The notes under the pieces were generated by a model. The model made no database searches and had not been told where the DNA came from. It worked only from the letters and a program-made list of their open reading frames with translations. Shown one piece after another: positions 39,827 to 51,500 of a DNA stretch of 64,000 nt. Origin of the DNA: Fimbriosthenelais zetlandica (taxonomy: Eukaryota); NCBI GenBank assembly GCA_977030845.1, contig OZ365112.1, forward strand, positions 18,352,001-18,416,000, in the 5' to 3' direction. The translations under genes and the position numbers were made by a program. Position 1 is the first letter of the stretch. Each line of letters starts with the position of its first letter.

Positions 39827-39876
39827 CTATATGATCCACACTGGTCGTTTTCTCACTCGGCATTTCATGTTCAGAT
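39827..39876 (-). CDS. TCF: Candidate alternative TCF terminal exon, degenerate C-clamp-like (DLNMKCRVRKRPVWII*)
   Basis: tacttttcag acceptor; phase 1 entry as for the C-clamp exon; KCRVR resembles KCRAR. Confidence 0.55.
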
Positions 39877-40743
39877 CTGAAAAGTAGACAGAGGCCATTG
39901 CAGAACAGTTTCGATTTGTTCCCTTCTTTTGGTGATTAAGGTAGCATGGACACTTTGGTTGTGGTGGTGTTTTGTGGACTGGTTGGTGGGTAGTTGGGTT
40001 TTTTGTTTGGTTGACCCTGGTCAAACCCAGTAACCACCAGTATGTGGTGAAGAGATGGACCAACGCCCTACCTGAGTATCTCCATCCATTTATGGTGGAG
40101 TTTTCCTTCTTCATCACAAAAACATAGAGGGGAACAAAGACATGATCATCTTGGGTTGCAAATGTGGCCAGTGAAGAGGGGAAAACGAAGAGTAACATAC
40201 AATCATTAAATGCAGATGAATGATTTAATATACAAAAGCAAATGCCCAAGAAGACTGGGACGCAGAAATAGAGGGGAAACATTAGCAAGGCTTGGTGGAA
40301 TGGTCTGCAAGTGGCTTCCATAATTCTCAGAACACAAATTCAACAAGAATCACCCGTCCCAAACCTCACCCTTGGAAAAAGCACATGTACCCCACTGTAC
40401 CTGCCCATTTAAAAATTCAATATAAGTCACCCTCCTTGATATAAAAGAGAAAGGTATGGTGGATTCACAGCTTATTCAAAAAGATAGAGTATAGTAGTAA
40501 AAGGAACTAGAGATGGTTATTCTAGATCTACTTTTTAATAGTCAAGATAGAGACTATAGAGAATACTACGTAAATTCTAGTATCGAATAACTAGATAGCA
40601 GCATACTGCCTGTGTAAAGATAACACATTGTCAACATGACCCATCATCTTGTACATACAAGATACGTTGTGAGGGGTCAACATGTCGGCCCCTCTATCCT
40701 CCTCTCTACTATGCACATCTAGTTAGGGTAACTCGTATCATAC

Positions 40744-40816
40744 CTGCAAGGCTTACACCACTGCGACTGTTGATCCAGACCAAAACGTGCTCGACACTTC
40801 TTGGGATTTGTACATT
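40744..40816 (-). CDS. TCF: TCF/LEF C-clamp (CRARF) exon
   Basis: ctttcag/gtatga; [25 protein letters not shown]. Confidence 0.97.
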
Positions 40817-41931
40817 CTGAAAGAATTAAGACAATTTCACAATTAAACATAATATTGAGTTTCAGAAAAGGGTTTGTACTTACAAAACGTTTTCAAATTA
40901 TAATTTCATGAAGGTCATTAAAAGAGTTGAACGTCAGCATGATTACGGTGTGGTATAGTTTATCAGTACACCTTAGATGATCTGGATCAACCCATGCAAT
41001 AGTTTCCAACATAAAGGACATAATACTGACATGCACAAAACAACCAATATGAAGGTGAAAGGCTTAAAATTGATACCGGCCAAAGGAAAACCTTATAAAA
41101 GGCAATCCACGTGCATATATCCTGATAGATGCAAAACTTAGAAGGAACATACAAAGCACATCTGACACAAACAATGATACTTCAGACTATCAACTTAAAT
41201 CATAGGATCTTCAAAGAAAAGAAAATCAGCTTAATCCATCACACTTAACCGTTAATATGGTTAAGGAAATGTCAAATCCTGTCAATCTACTGACATTAAT
41301 AGAACTGTATTGTTTGGAGTGAACATAACAGTTACAACAGTTAACACGGAATTGTGCCATAAAAAGATGCCTAGAACCAGTGAGTATATATGATGAATAC
41401 CAGGCTAGTGATGATTGTGAAACAACGAACTTAAACGTTTCTACATCTAAAGTATAGCAGGTATAACACTGTAGTCTATCACACAGGTTGAGTGCATGGA
41501 GCTATATCTATACAATGTGTTTACATGTACACCGTATATCACAGGGTTCTAATCACCAAACGCTTAATCAAGTGTTAACAATAGTCAATCCATCTTAAAA
41601 CCGCAAGAAAGCATGCTGCAACAAAATGTTGGTGTAAAACTTGTGTGACCAATGATAGCAAGGGATTCCACGTGATATTATATAGGTTTTTGTATTCTAA
41701 TCAAGTGGACGGAAGAAATTGTCTTGGACAGACATAAAATTTCAACATTCAATTAAATTAAAAGAGAAATGTCATCACAGAATCCCATGTCAATCACTGA
41801 TTAACACCCACAAACTGGCGTGAATAAATATGTGTACATTGTGAAGAGGTCAGAAGCACCACACAGGAAATTAAACTAGAGAAAGAAAACGAGAAGAAAG
41901 GACAGGGAACAACCGGGGCTAAGACTTTTCA

Positions 41932-42173
41932 TCAAAGTGTAAGAAAAAAAACATATTGGCGTTGAGGGGTAAAGCCTGTGAAGGGCTGGCCCCTGGGTGA
42001 GGATGAGAGGGGTGGCGAACCTTGTTTGTGGGCCTCCGGGGTGTGGCTGTACTGGACTAGTTGTGGCGGGTGGAGAGGCTGGCGTGGACTGGAGCTCAGG
42101 TCGAAGCCCGAACTGCTGTTGTTGTTACTCAGAGCCCCAGCGGCGGGGTGGAGGTACTCACCCGAATAGCCAT
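41932..42173 (-). CDS. TCF: Candidate read-through (alternative terminal) form of the microexon, C-clamp-less tail
   Basis: The frame stays open for 80 codons past the acceptor: DGYSGEYLHPAAGALSNNNSSSGFDLSSSPRQPLHPPQLVQYSHTPEAHKQGSPPLSSSPRGQPFTGFTPQRQYVFFLTL*. Confidence 0.4.
42162..42173 (-). CDS. TCF: Candidate 12-nt TCF microexon (adds DGYS)
   Basis: tggcag|ATGGCTATTCGG|gtgagt; frame-preserving, phase 1-1; upstream pyrimidine tract with TGC motifs. Confidence 0.55.
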
Positions 42174-42858
42174 CTGCCAGCGATCCAATGGAGCAGCAGG
42201 AGGAGCAAATAACCAGTCATTCAACAAGTGAAGCTTCCACAAGGTTTGTTTTAGTCATAATATATCAACTCCAATATAAGAGGTGGAGGCTAGGTATGAC
42301 TCGCATGCACTAATGTACCGAGGACCCACTGGAACCCCTACCATTACATTCTGTAGTTTTGTTGTTGTTTTCTTACAGAAGGGGGCATTAAAAAGAAATT
42401 TGAAAGTGATAGAAAGAGAGTAATAGAAGCTAGGAGAGACTACATTAATAGAATATTAGGATTTCATTACATTTTTCAATAAAGGACTCCTTTCTCTAAG
42501 GTACCCATAGTTTGGATATATATGTTAATGCGGAGACCCTTATGTCCAAACTTGTGGTACAATAATGTTTCTGATATAGAGGAATGTATGAATATATCCT
42601 ATCTAGGGAGGTTTCCGGAGAAGTAACCAAGGCACCAAACAACAAAGCATTACATACATTAATATAAAATTATTCTATAATCTGACCTGTGAACCTCCGA
42701 AGGTAATCTGACGAACGATACAATGGAAAATAGAACATGTTGTAGCACATCTTAAACGCATTATGATATTGAATTATTATCTACCAGTGGTTTGGTGCCA
42801 AGGTCAGGGAATCTATTTCTATGGAGACTATCAGAGAAAGATTAAAAGGTTTGCTCAC

Positions 42859-43039
42859 CTTGCCCAAATGTGTTCTTCTGCTCGTTGGTTGATGGTTCTC
42901 GTTTCCTTTTCTTCTTCTTTGTATGTGTGGCATAATTATCACGTGCACTCCATCCAGGATACAACTGCAAGTGTAGTTCCTTTTCTTTACGTGCCATTTC
43001 ATAGTACTTGGCTTGTTCTGACCGGTCTAGGGCATGCCA
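42859..43039 (-). CDS. TCF: TCF/LEF HMG box second half plus basic tail
   Basis: ttttccag/gtgagc; [60 protein letters not shown]. Confidence 0.98.
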
Positions 43040-46000
43040 CTGGAAAATAAACAGCAATATACAATATTTTTTCGAGATTTATCCACATTATTGTTTTCCA
43101 TACACTTAAATCATAACATATTATTCATGACAATATAGTCAGCAACTTAATATATATATTCAGATTGCATCGTAAAAATTTATATTGCAAGTAATTACAG
43201 AAAATATTCCAGCCATTTCTTTAATAGGTACATTCAACAATCTATGTAAATATCCATCGACTAAGTCCCCACACCTGCGTCCATGAATGAAGACCATAAA
43301 GGTGACCACTAGTCTTTACTGACCAGCAGCTGGACACAAATGATTCATCAAGGTAGAAATTAAATGTTGGTAAAAGTAGGAAGTGTTGGAGAGGTGCGAG
43401 AAACTAGTGAGGGAAATGGGACGACTGTTACTGGGCAACCTTGGATAAAGAGGAGGTGGAGTGGGAGGAAGAGGTGGATGAAGAGGTGGCAGGTGACAAA
43501 GGCATGGTGGTGTAGAGTAGTGAGCACCTGACAGGTTATGCTGGATCTGTCATAGAATGTTCATCACAATAGAGGTGGTCATGATGGAATCCCACCACTG
43601 CGGCCACTCTTATTACTGCTGAGCTGATTGCTATATGCCGGCTGAGGCAGTGATGATTATTGCCCGACCGACTCGACACCTCCACAATGCCACATGTCAC
43701 CTCACGCATGTCGGACGCTCCCAGGTGCTCACAGGAGACACTCCTCATCCTCCTTTCTCCAGCAGATTAATCCGCGGAGACAGGTGTAAAATGAAAAGGC
43801 CGCCACTGCAGGTCGAGCCTGGATAAATGGGCGAGTTTAATAGCAAGCCCGAGCTCGGTGATACCCGATCATAGGTGAGGCATTGTTGATTAATTACTGG
43901 TTGAGCGGGTGGGCTGGAGAATTCAGAGAGCAGCTCGATTCTTGGTGAGATGATGGCTAATCCCCCCTGGAGACGTGGGTCAGAGAATGGCAGGCAATCT
44001 AGCTCCTCCATAGTGACATTCACATAGCGCCTGCTCATTGATTGCTCCAGGTAATACTGGCACTTCCTCCTCTTCATCCTAACACATGCCACCTCCTCTC
44101 AGGCTGAGGTCAGGCCGTCTATGTCCACTCAGATGACCACTCAATACATCAGGTCATCCCATCAGCCTTATAGAATACAGGCTGATTACTTACACCTGAG
44201 ACTGGCCACTGGTCAAATACTGACCTCTGCATGCCCCTGGAGGAAATTATTTTCCTTATTTTTTACCCACTGGAGGAAATGATTTTCCTTATTTCTGATG
44301 AACTAGCCCACCATACTACACTCCAAGACCTTTCATTCCCAGTAAGGTATTCTGAATGGACAAGAATGTTAAGAAATTTTGAGTTTTGGGGCAATTTCTC
44401 TGGCTGATTGAATTTAAAAGAGGATAGGATGGGGAAATCAGGAAAGGCAGAAATAGGAAGGCACAGAACAGAATCTGTGAATCAGATTTGTTTAGCTAAA
44501 TCTCAATAAACCGATATCATTACGATACAATGAATCATTCCAGGGACAAAAAGTGGCTTCAGACGGCACGATGCCCCCTACACGCGTTCCAACCACACCT
44601 CTCTTCATTTACATCGAGAATCCTTTAATTTGATTTCCTTCAACTTTCATTGTAATTAAAGGTGAAAAAGACCTGCGAACTGTGGTTGATTCATTACGCG
44701 GCTGGGGATTGTTTCAAGTTTAGCCGCATGATAAAATTAGAAGGAGCAAGTGTGACCTCTCAAAGTCAGAGTTTTGCCTGATAGCTATTTAGGCAGTCGA
44801 TGGCTTTTCTTCCCGACTTGTGGCCGGGTTTTGATCTTCGGCGTTTCACCTTAACCTGGCAGCGAACACAGCAACCACAACTGCATAAAACCTCCCAGCG
44901 CTAATTCCCAAAACATGAAGATGATCATTAAATGGAAATGAACTGTTCCAATTAAAAGAGCGCTAGTTAATCAGGGGATCCTATAGGGCAGGCAGGGAGG
45001 CGATGATGGAGTTGCCTGATGTATGTCAGTGGAATTTGTGAAACCATCAGCTTTGACACCTTCCTTATTATTATAGATTTATTTCTCTCACCCATTGCCT
45101 CATAAGCCGCAGTCTCGCGCCAGCAAAAGATGATAGGTTTCGTGCTTTGTGTGACCCAAAGTTTTGTCTCTTCCACAGGCCCCGTTTCTCGCATCAAAGG
45201 GTGATGTGACAACAATGACCTTGCTCATTATAAATAACAAGGTGTCACACCCTCTCTGATGCTCACACTAACCTTCCCATTCCCCTTCCTTGCCATCAAT
45301 TCATCATAATTTCATTACCAATTAACATTTTATTCCACTGATCCATGATAATTTTCTAAGTGCATTGAACTGAACCAGTAACTACTTTTCCGGAGAGGGC
45401 ACACTAAATTTCGACTTTATAAACCAAGGCGGTCTCTCTCATTCTTCATCCATTCATTTTGAACTTCTTTAAGAGGTTTCAGAAGGATCAATATGTTCAA
45501 TGGCGTGAGCATCCATCTTGCCCCCAGCCAGGAGGCAGCCCCACCCCCAGCATTGTTCTAGAAGTGCTGGCTTTTTGCCGGTCAGTCATTAACCTTGGGA
45601 TCAATAGTGGAATCTTCCCTGCTGGAAAATAGGCAGCGATTTCCGCGCGGGTATTGACTTGTCAGCTGCTGTCTGACCTTGAATCACGAAGCCTCGTATC
45701 GGATGACCTTTAGCTGGATCATCTCCGCTTCTCCTACCACTCCATGTATCCCAACCGTCCCATTAAATACTGCTCAGATTATGAGATGTGGTCGGTATAA
45801 AGCAAACAGGCCCTCACATGCATATGCTCAACTTGTGTATTGGTTTTTCTTATTTAGACTTTCTGAAGTATAAACGTTTAGAATCACTAACATATTGTGT
45901 AGAAAGTTGAGGATACGGCACTGAATATTTATGCATGTGGGTGGAATTGAGGATACAAACATCTCAGATGTGCAGAAGGTGAATAAGGATTTTCAGGTAT

Positions 46001-48101
46001 GTCTATATCAATGACTCAGGGAAGACAGGTATCTATTACACGATGTCAGTTCCCAGAATGACCACTAAGGCTTACCACGGCCCTCCTCCAGCATTTCCTG
46101 GCAGTGAAGAGGGGCTCAGTGTTGAGCCAATGATGCATGATGACAAGTCTATTTCATATTTCACCTACAAATTGGCTGCGACTTGCTTGCCAGCGCCAGC
46201 CACTCACTGCCCTGGCAAATCTAATTGGCCGCCATTGAGGCCAGCATCCAAAGGCTGTTAGGGTGACAAGAAGCTGCACAATGAGATTATCTGACTGAGG
46301 GGCAAGCAACAACATGGTCAAACACAAGTGCTGACTGCTAACTGGAGGAGACAAGAGGAAAAAGTACCTTTAAGAAACGATAAGTGGCTTCAATGAAGGC
46401 AGAGACATTTTGACTTGGCTTCATTGAGCCTTTAAGACTGGCTTTAAATGAACTATCCAAATCCTCGGCCTTACAAGTATAGGTTTCCCCCATCTAATCC
46501 GAGGATATTGACTACATCGTGAAAAGTTTTCTGATTCAAGATTGCAGTTCATGAATTGACTGCCTCTTGAGAATACTGGTGAGAGGAGCATCTGTTGAGA
46601 TGTATGGGATATGGGTGGTCAGGATCCACCGCCAAGACCAACAGATAACAGAGGGATCATGATGTCACACTGGTAACTGACCCTCGTCCAGCTCTCTAGC
46701 ACTGACCATCTCATTGGTATGCTGGTCAGTCCATTGGTCAGCTAATGTCCATTCAAGCACATCAAGTCTCCAGCCAGACCTGTCTGGAGCACCACAGAGG
46801 GTTTGAAGCCATCACCCATCACATTTCGGTCTCCATTATCATCTTTTATCTCAAGTCAGAAGAGACAGGCGGACTGCTTCACAGCTTTTAAATGCATTAC
46901 TCAGCTTTATAATGGGTTTTAAATATCAGAGCATACAATAACATCCAGGGATGAGAAAATACAATGACTCATTTGCGTTTTCGTAAATTCATTAGAACAA
47001 CATTCCATTTAAAAGGTAGCAATAAAGGCCACCTCTTTGCTCTATAAAGGGCACAAAGTCAAGTCTTCTGTCATTTCAAAAGGGGCGTAAAGGGCAAAGA
47101 AGCAAACTATTCTGCCTAGGCAGTCGCAGGTTAAAAACAGCTCAAGGCAGCAACAGCGACATCTGTGAGTTCCACAGGATGAAACATACTGTGTACTTTA
47201 TAGCCACTTGGTAGACTAGGGAAAATTCCACAATGGATGATAAGCGCTATCCATTTATATGCCATTCCATCCATAGAGGAATCCTCATCCCATCAAACAA
47301 ATTGAGAACAACGCAATGTAAGACTTTCTTCCTGTTTTCAAAAGTAACAATAACTTGTCCACGAACTGACGGACTGAGTAGCGAATAGCCGTATGTAAGG
47401 GTATAGGACAGTCCGCACATGAAGCTACAATGAAGGAAGAGGAGGGGTCAGGAGGGGTGCGGTAATGAGGAACTTCTCTAAGGGGCTTAGCCAGAACAAT
47501 CCCCTCAGCGCCTTACAACAAAACCTACACAATGAACATGTCTCCATGGAGAGGAACTAGTCTAAATGTTGCCTCTTGTATTGAGGGAAGATTGGGAGGT
47601 GGTGTTCACAGTGAGAAGCACAAAGCAGTCTCATGAGACCATGGTCGGGGAGTGTGTCACTGCTGCTGATCAGGTCATACGAAATCTGCTCCCAGGGTCG
47701 AGCTTTTCTCTTCTGAGGATAATGCTCACTAGCTTTCAATAGATGAAGCAGACCTCGAGCAGGACGACTTAGAAGAGCGCCGGAAACCGAGACAAATCTT
47801 GGAGAGACAGTGTATAAGAATCATTGTTCCTGGGTGCTTCATCCAAGGCGAATACCGCGAGCAGTTGAGCTCAGATTACTACTTGTAAATCATTAGAACT
47901 GGAGTATCAAGAGACTCAATTAGCTCAAAAATACACCACATGTCTTACTGATACGTTAGTGTCTCATTTTCAATTTGTACAAAACTGCAGATAGCATTCT
48001 GATGTCCGTCGACAGAAGAACTTTTCCATATACTTCTCTGATTTTCCGCACGCAAGAACACTAGAAAAAGCCGTCTGTTTACCACACGGTTATATACCTA
48101 C

Positions 48102-48276
48102 CTTCCGTCCTAATATTTGATTGATGGATGCAGATCCCTTAACATTGCCCTCAGCTATTAAAGCTGCTCGGGACTGCTTCATAAAGATCATGAAGGCATT
48201 TAACGGTTTCTTTATATGGTTTTTCTTTGCTTCAGCAGCCCGCTCTCGAGCGTTACTGCAGTGTAATGCCGAGTAT
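48102..48276 (-). CDS. TCF: Duplicated TCF HMG first-half exon (variant B)
   Basis: attttcag/gtaggt; phase 2 in and phase 0 out, identical to exon A; [58 protein letters not shown], no stops. Confidence 0.88.
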
Positions 48277-48331
48277 CTGAAAATAGTTGGTAATCAAAAC
48301 ATTTATGAAAATAGAAATTAAGGCCACTTAC

Positions 48332-48527
48332 CCGTCGACCCAGTATTTGGTTAATGGCAGCAGATTCTTTCAGTGTACATTCTGCTGCTACTTTGGCTCT
48401 TTGCTCTTTCATAAATAACATGAAGGCGTTCAAAGGTTTCTTAATATGTGGTTTTTTGGGTGTTACTTCAGTTTGACTATCACTAGCATTGGAGGATTGG
48501 TCATGGCCATGGAGCAAGGGATGATGT
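48332..48527 (-). CDS. TCF: TCF/LEF HMG first-half exon (canonical variant A)
   Basis: atttccag/gtaagt; ...[42 protein letters not shown]. Confidence 0.98.
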
Positions 48528-51500
48528 CTGGAAATAGAAATAAGAAATGGGTGTAACTTAGCCACCAAGAAGGGTCAAATATTAGAATTATCAACTTTGC
48601 AGCGTCACACACATATCTAGAGATCTACGTCCAGTGATCATCGATTTAGATTAATCTTCTATAGATGAAATACTTACATTATGAGCCACCATAAACCAAT
48701 GTCACTGGGTCAAAGTCGGGTTTTTTAATTGAGACAATTCACATCGGTTAAAGTTTTAGTAAGCAATTAGAGTTATTATATGATGAGAAAAAGTTTAAGC
48801 GTGTTACATTCTTATGTTTAAATACCCATGTTGTTGAATAGGATTGCATGTTTAATACCTTCCTGCCAAGTCAAAAGGGAAAGACACCCCCATCCTAATC
48901 GGGCTAATCCATCCCAGATTTAATTGGCCTTGATCCCCCTGGAGGAGGCCCTTTATATGTTATATGACGCCAAGAGGGGATCTTTTGTGTAAGAGGTCCT
49001 TTGATCTTTTAACCCAGACTGAGGGAGTGATTTGCCACGGGGATCACTGTGCACATCATGTACTATCATCTAGAGGGGCTTAACATATTACACATACTCT
49101 CTCCCTACCAGGCTAGATCACTTTATACAATACCAATCAGCCCACGCCACAAGGTCATCAGGCCTGTGCGTGGATCAAATGGTCTTGATGTTGCCTTTTT
49201 TCATCCCTTTTTGTACACAGGCGGTACATCTTAATGAAGCCAGGGGGATCTTGGAGTCCCGTCAATGTGCTTATTTCTGCTGCAACTGGCTTCATCTTCA
49301 GGCTTAGTGGAGGATGATCTGATTGAGTGACTTGTGACGAAGCTAACAACAGGCCTCATAATTACACCACCACTGGCGACCTGCCATCTATCTTAAATGG
49401 TGATGCCATCTCTGTTTTACCTAATGTTTTCTCAAGGAAGCCACTTTAAGGTGGATACTGAGGTTATATTTCATCTCACTCATACTCAGGTTATATATCA
49501 GCGACATCATTGAATTGTAGACTGCACCATATAGGCAGAACACGTCCAGATGATAGTGTATTGTCAGCTGTTGCTAGTTGACAACTTTCAGCTAAGAAAT
49601 CTCAGAAAAAAAGAGGAAGAAAGTTGAAAGTGGCTGTCACTTTATTCTTAGACGAAACAGACAAAAAGCAACAATCAAAGTTGAATGGATGTGTGTCATA
49701 TGCAACAGGGATGGATGTTAAAGGCAATATACATTGGGAGGCAGACGGGATGGCAGATACCCACTGTAAAAGTGATCAACTATTGAAGTTGATCTCAATC
49801 TGTTTGCTATCTGAGATCACAGACCACTGAAAGAGGACGGCTTCAGAGAGCCCGATCCAGCACCAAGAGCGCACCGCTGAGCTACCAAAGAAGAATCACT
49901 ACTTTGTTTAGGATTTCTGTAAAAATAAACAAAATCCCAAGTCCTGGGACCCGCTGCTGGAATAGCTGAGATTGGGATAGTAGAAGGGAGTTTGTTTTGG
50001 CACCTGGATGGATCTTTCTATGCTGGGTGGATGTGATGCGCTCTACGGATCGATTCAAAGGCGTTGAAGGAATGGGCAATAAACAAGACCGGGTGCCAAA
50101 CACAAACAATGTGGACAGACAACAAACACTGGTTACAGCCACCCTACTCCGGGTCAAATACCTCCAGTGTCCGCATGCTTTGGTTACAGTTAGACATATC
50201 AGACCTGGAGGCCAGAGGACGTCGTCCGCATAGTTTGTGGGCGTCAGGTTTCTCTACATGCCAGCTTACACTAATGATTTCACAGCGGGGTACACTTTAC
50301 TTCCCGCTTCCTCTCCATCTCTCTATTCTGTGCCTCAGGTATTGCTGATGGCAGGGGGAGCTAATAAAATGCTGCCTTTGGAGAGTTTATTCAAAATATT
50401 AAATAATCAACAATATAATTTTGTGAGATAGGCTAATGTTTTAATGTGCCACTGTTTAGGGTCCAAGTTTTCACTGATGGATTTTGATATATTGGATCGA
50501 GGGCGACAACTTGAAACCGTTCTGATTTTAAGCCGGGTCACTGCGGTCTTTCCACCTTGAAATTGTACTTTTCCAGTCAAGAACATCGTAGAAAAGTCTT
50601 TCTAAATGGGCGCGGGGCACATCGATCACGCCGCCTTTGGATGGAGAGAGTGAAGGGGTGAGAGCGCTAGGAGGGATTGATCTTCACCCGAGACATACAA
50701 CATTAAGTAGCGGTGTCTTTGTTCTCGCCCAAGGCCTTGCCCCTCAATTATTCCCAGCTTAACAATGACGGCTACTCAGGCTCTAAGTGTGAGAGGAGAG
50801 ACACCTCTAGAGGCAGCCAGCTGACGGCCACAATTTGGAGACAATGCTTCCACTCCACATACAACATGCTCTAGTGCAATTAAGACCTACAAGACTCCTC
50901 TTTTCACATCTAGTATGTGTAGCTAAAATAGAGAACTCAATATAACTGGTTTCATTCATATGTCACATCTCATGTACTATACTAGATGTACCATTACGGT
51001 GTGAATCTTTCCTGCAGACACACCCATGAACTAACGATGCTAAATCATGCAAGACCCTTTGAAACTCAAACCATTTTTTCTTATTAAGGTTTTTTTAAAC
51101 CCACTTCCTCGTTTAATGCTAAGCAATTAGAGGTGTTTGACGAGCCTTCACCCACTGAGGCTTCACAGTCTGCGATGTGAAAGGAGGCAGTAAATCCTCA
51201 TCACAGCCTCTCCTCATCACTCAGCCGATAACCGCTGCTTTTTCAGGCCTCTAACATTCACCCACTGCCAATAATAATGAATCAAACCAAGACTGATCAC
51301 CTCTCCTCCGCCAGCTTCTCCTCTCCTATATAGATATCAACAATAAGGGAACAACGAGGAGGGCAGAAGGGGGTCGGGCTATCTATAAAACCAAATAAAT
51401 CTATTCTAATGGATGATTATTTCATAAAAACAGAATCCACGTTCAGTGAATGATGAGTAGCTCTGGGGACAGTATACAAGAGGCAAGCAGGGAATAACCT

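Noticed and set aside
50161-50203. Possible 43-nt exon (ctccag...gtattt) between the context and HMG exons
   Set aside because: It would shift the frame or bypass the HMG start, and the peptide is unremarkable.
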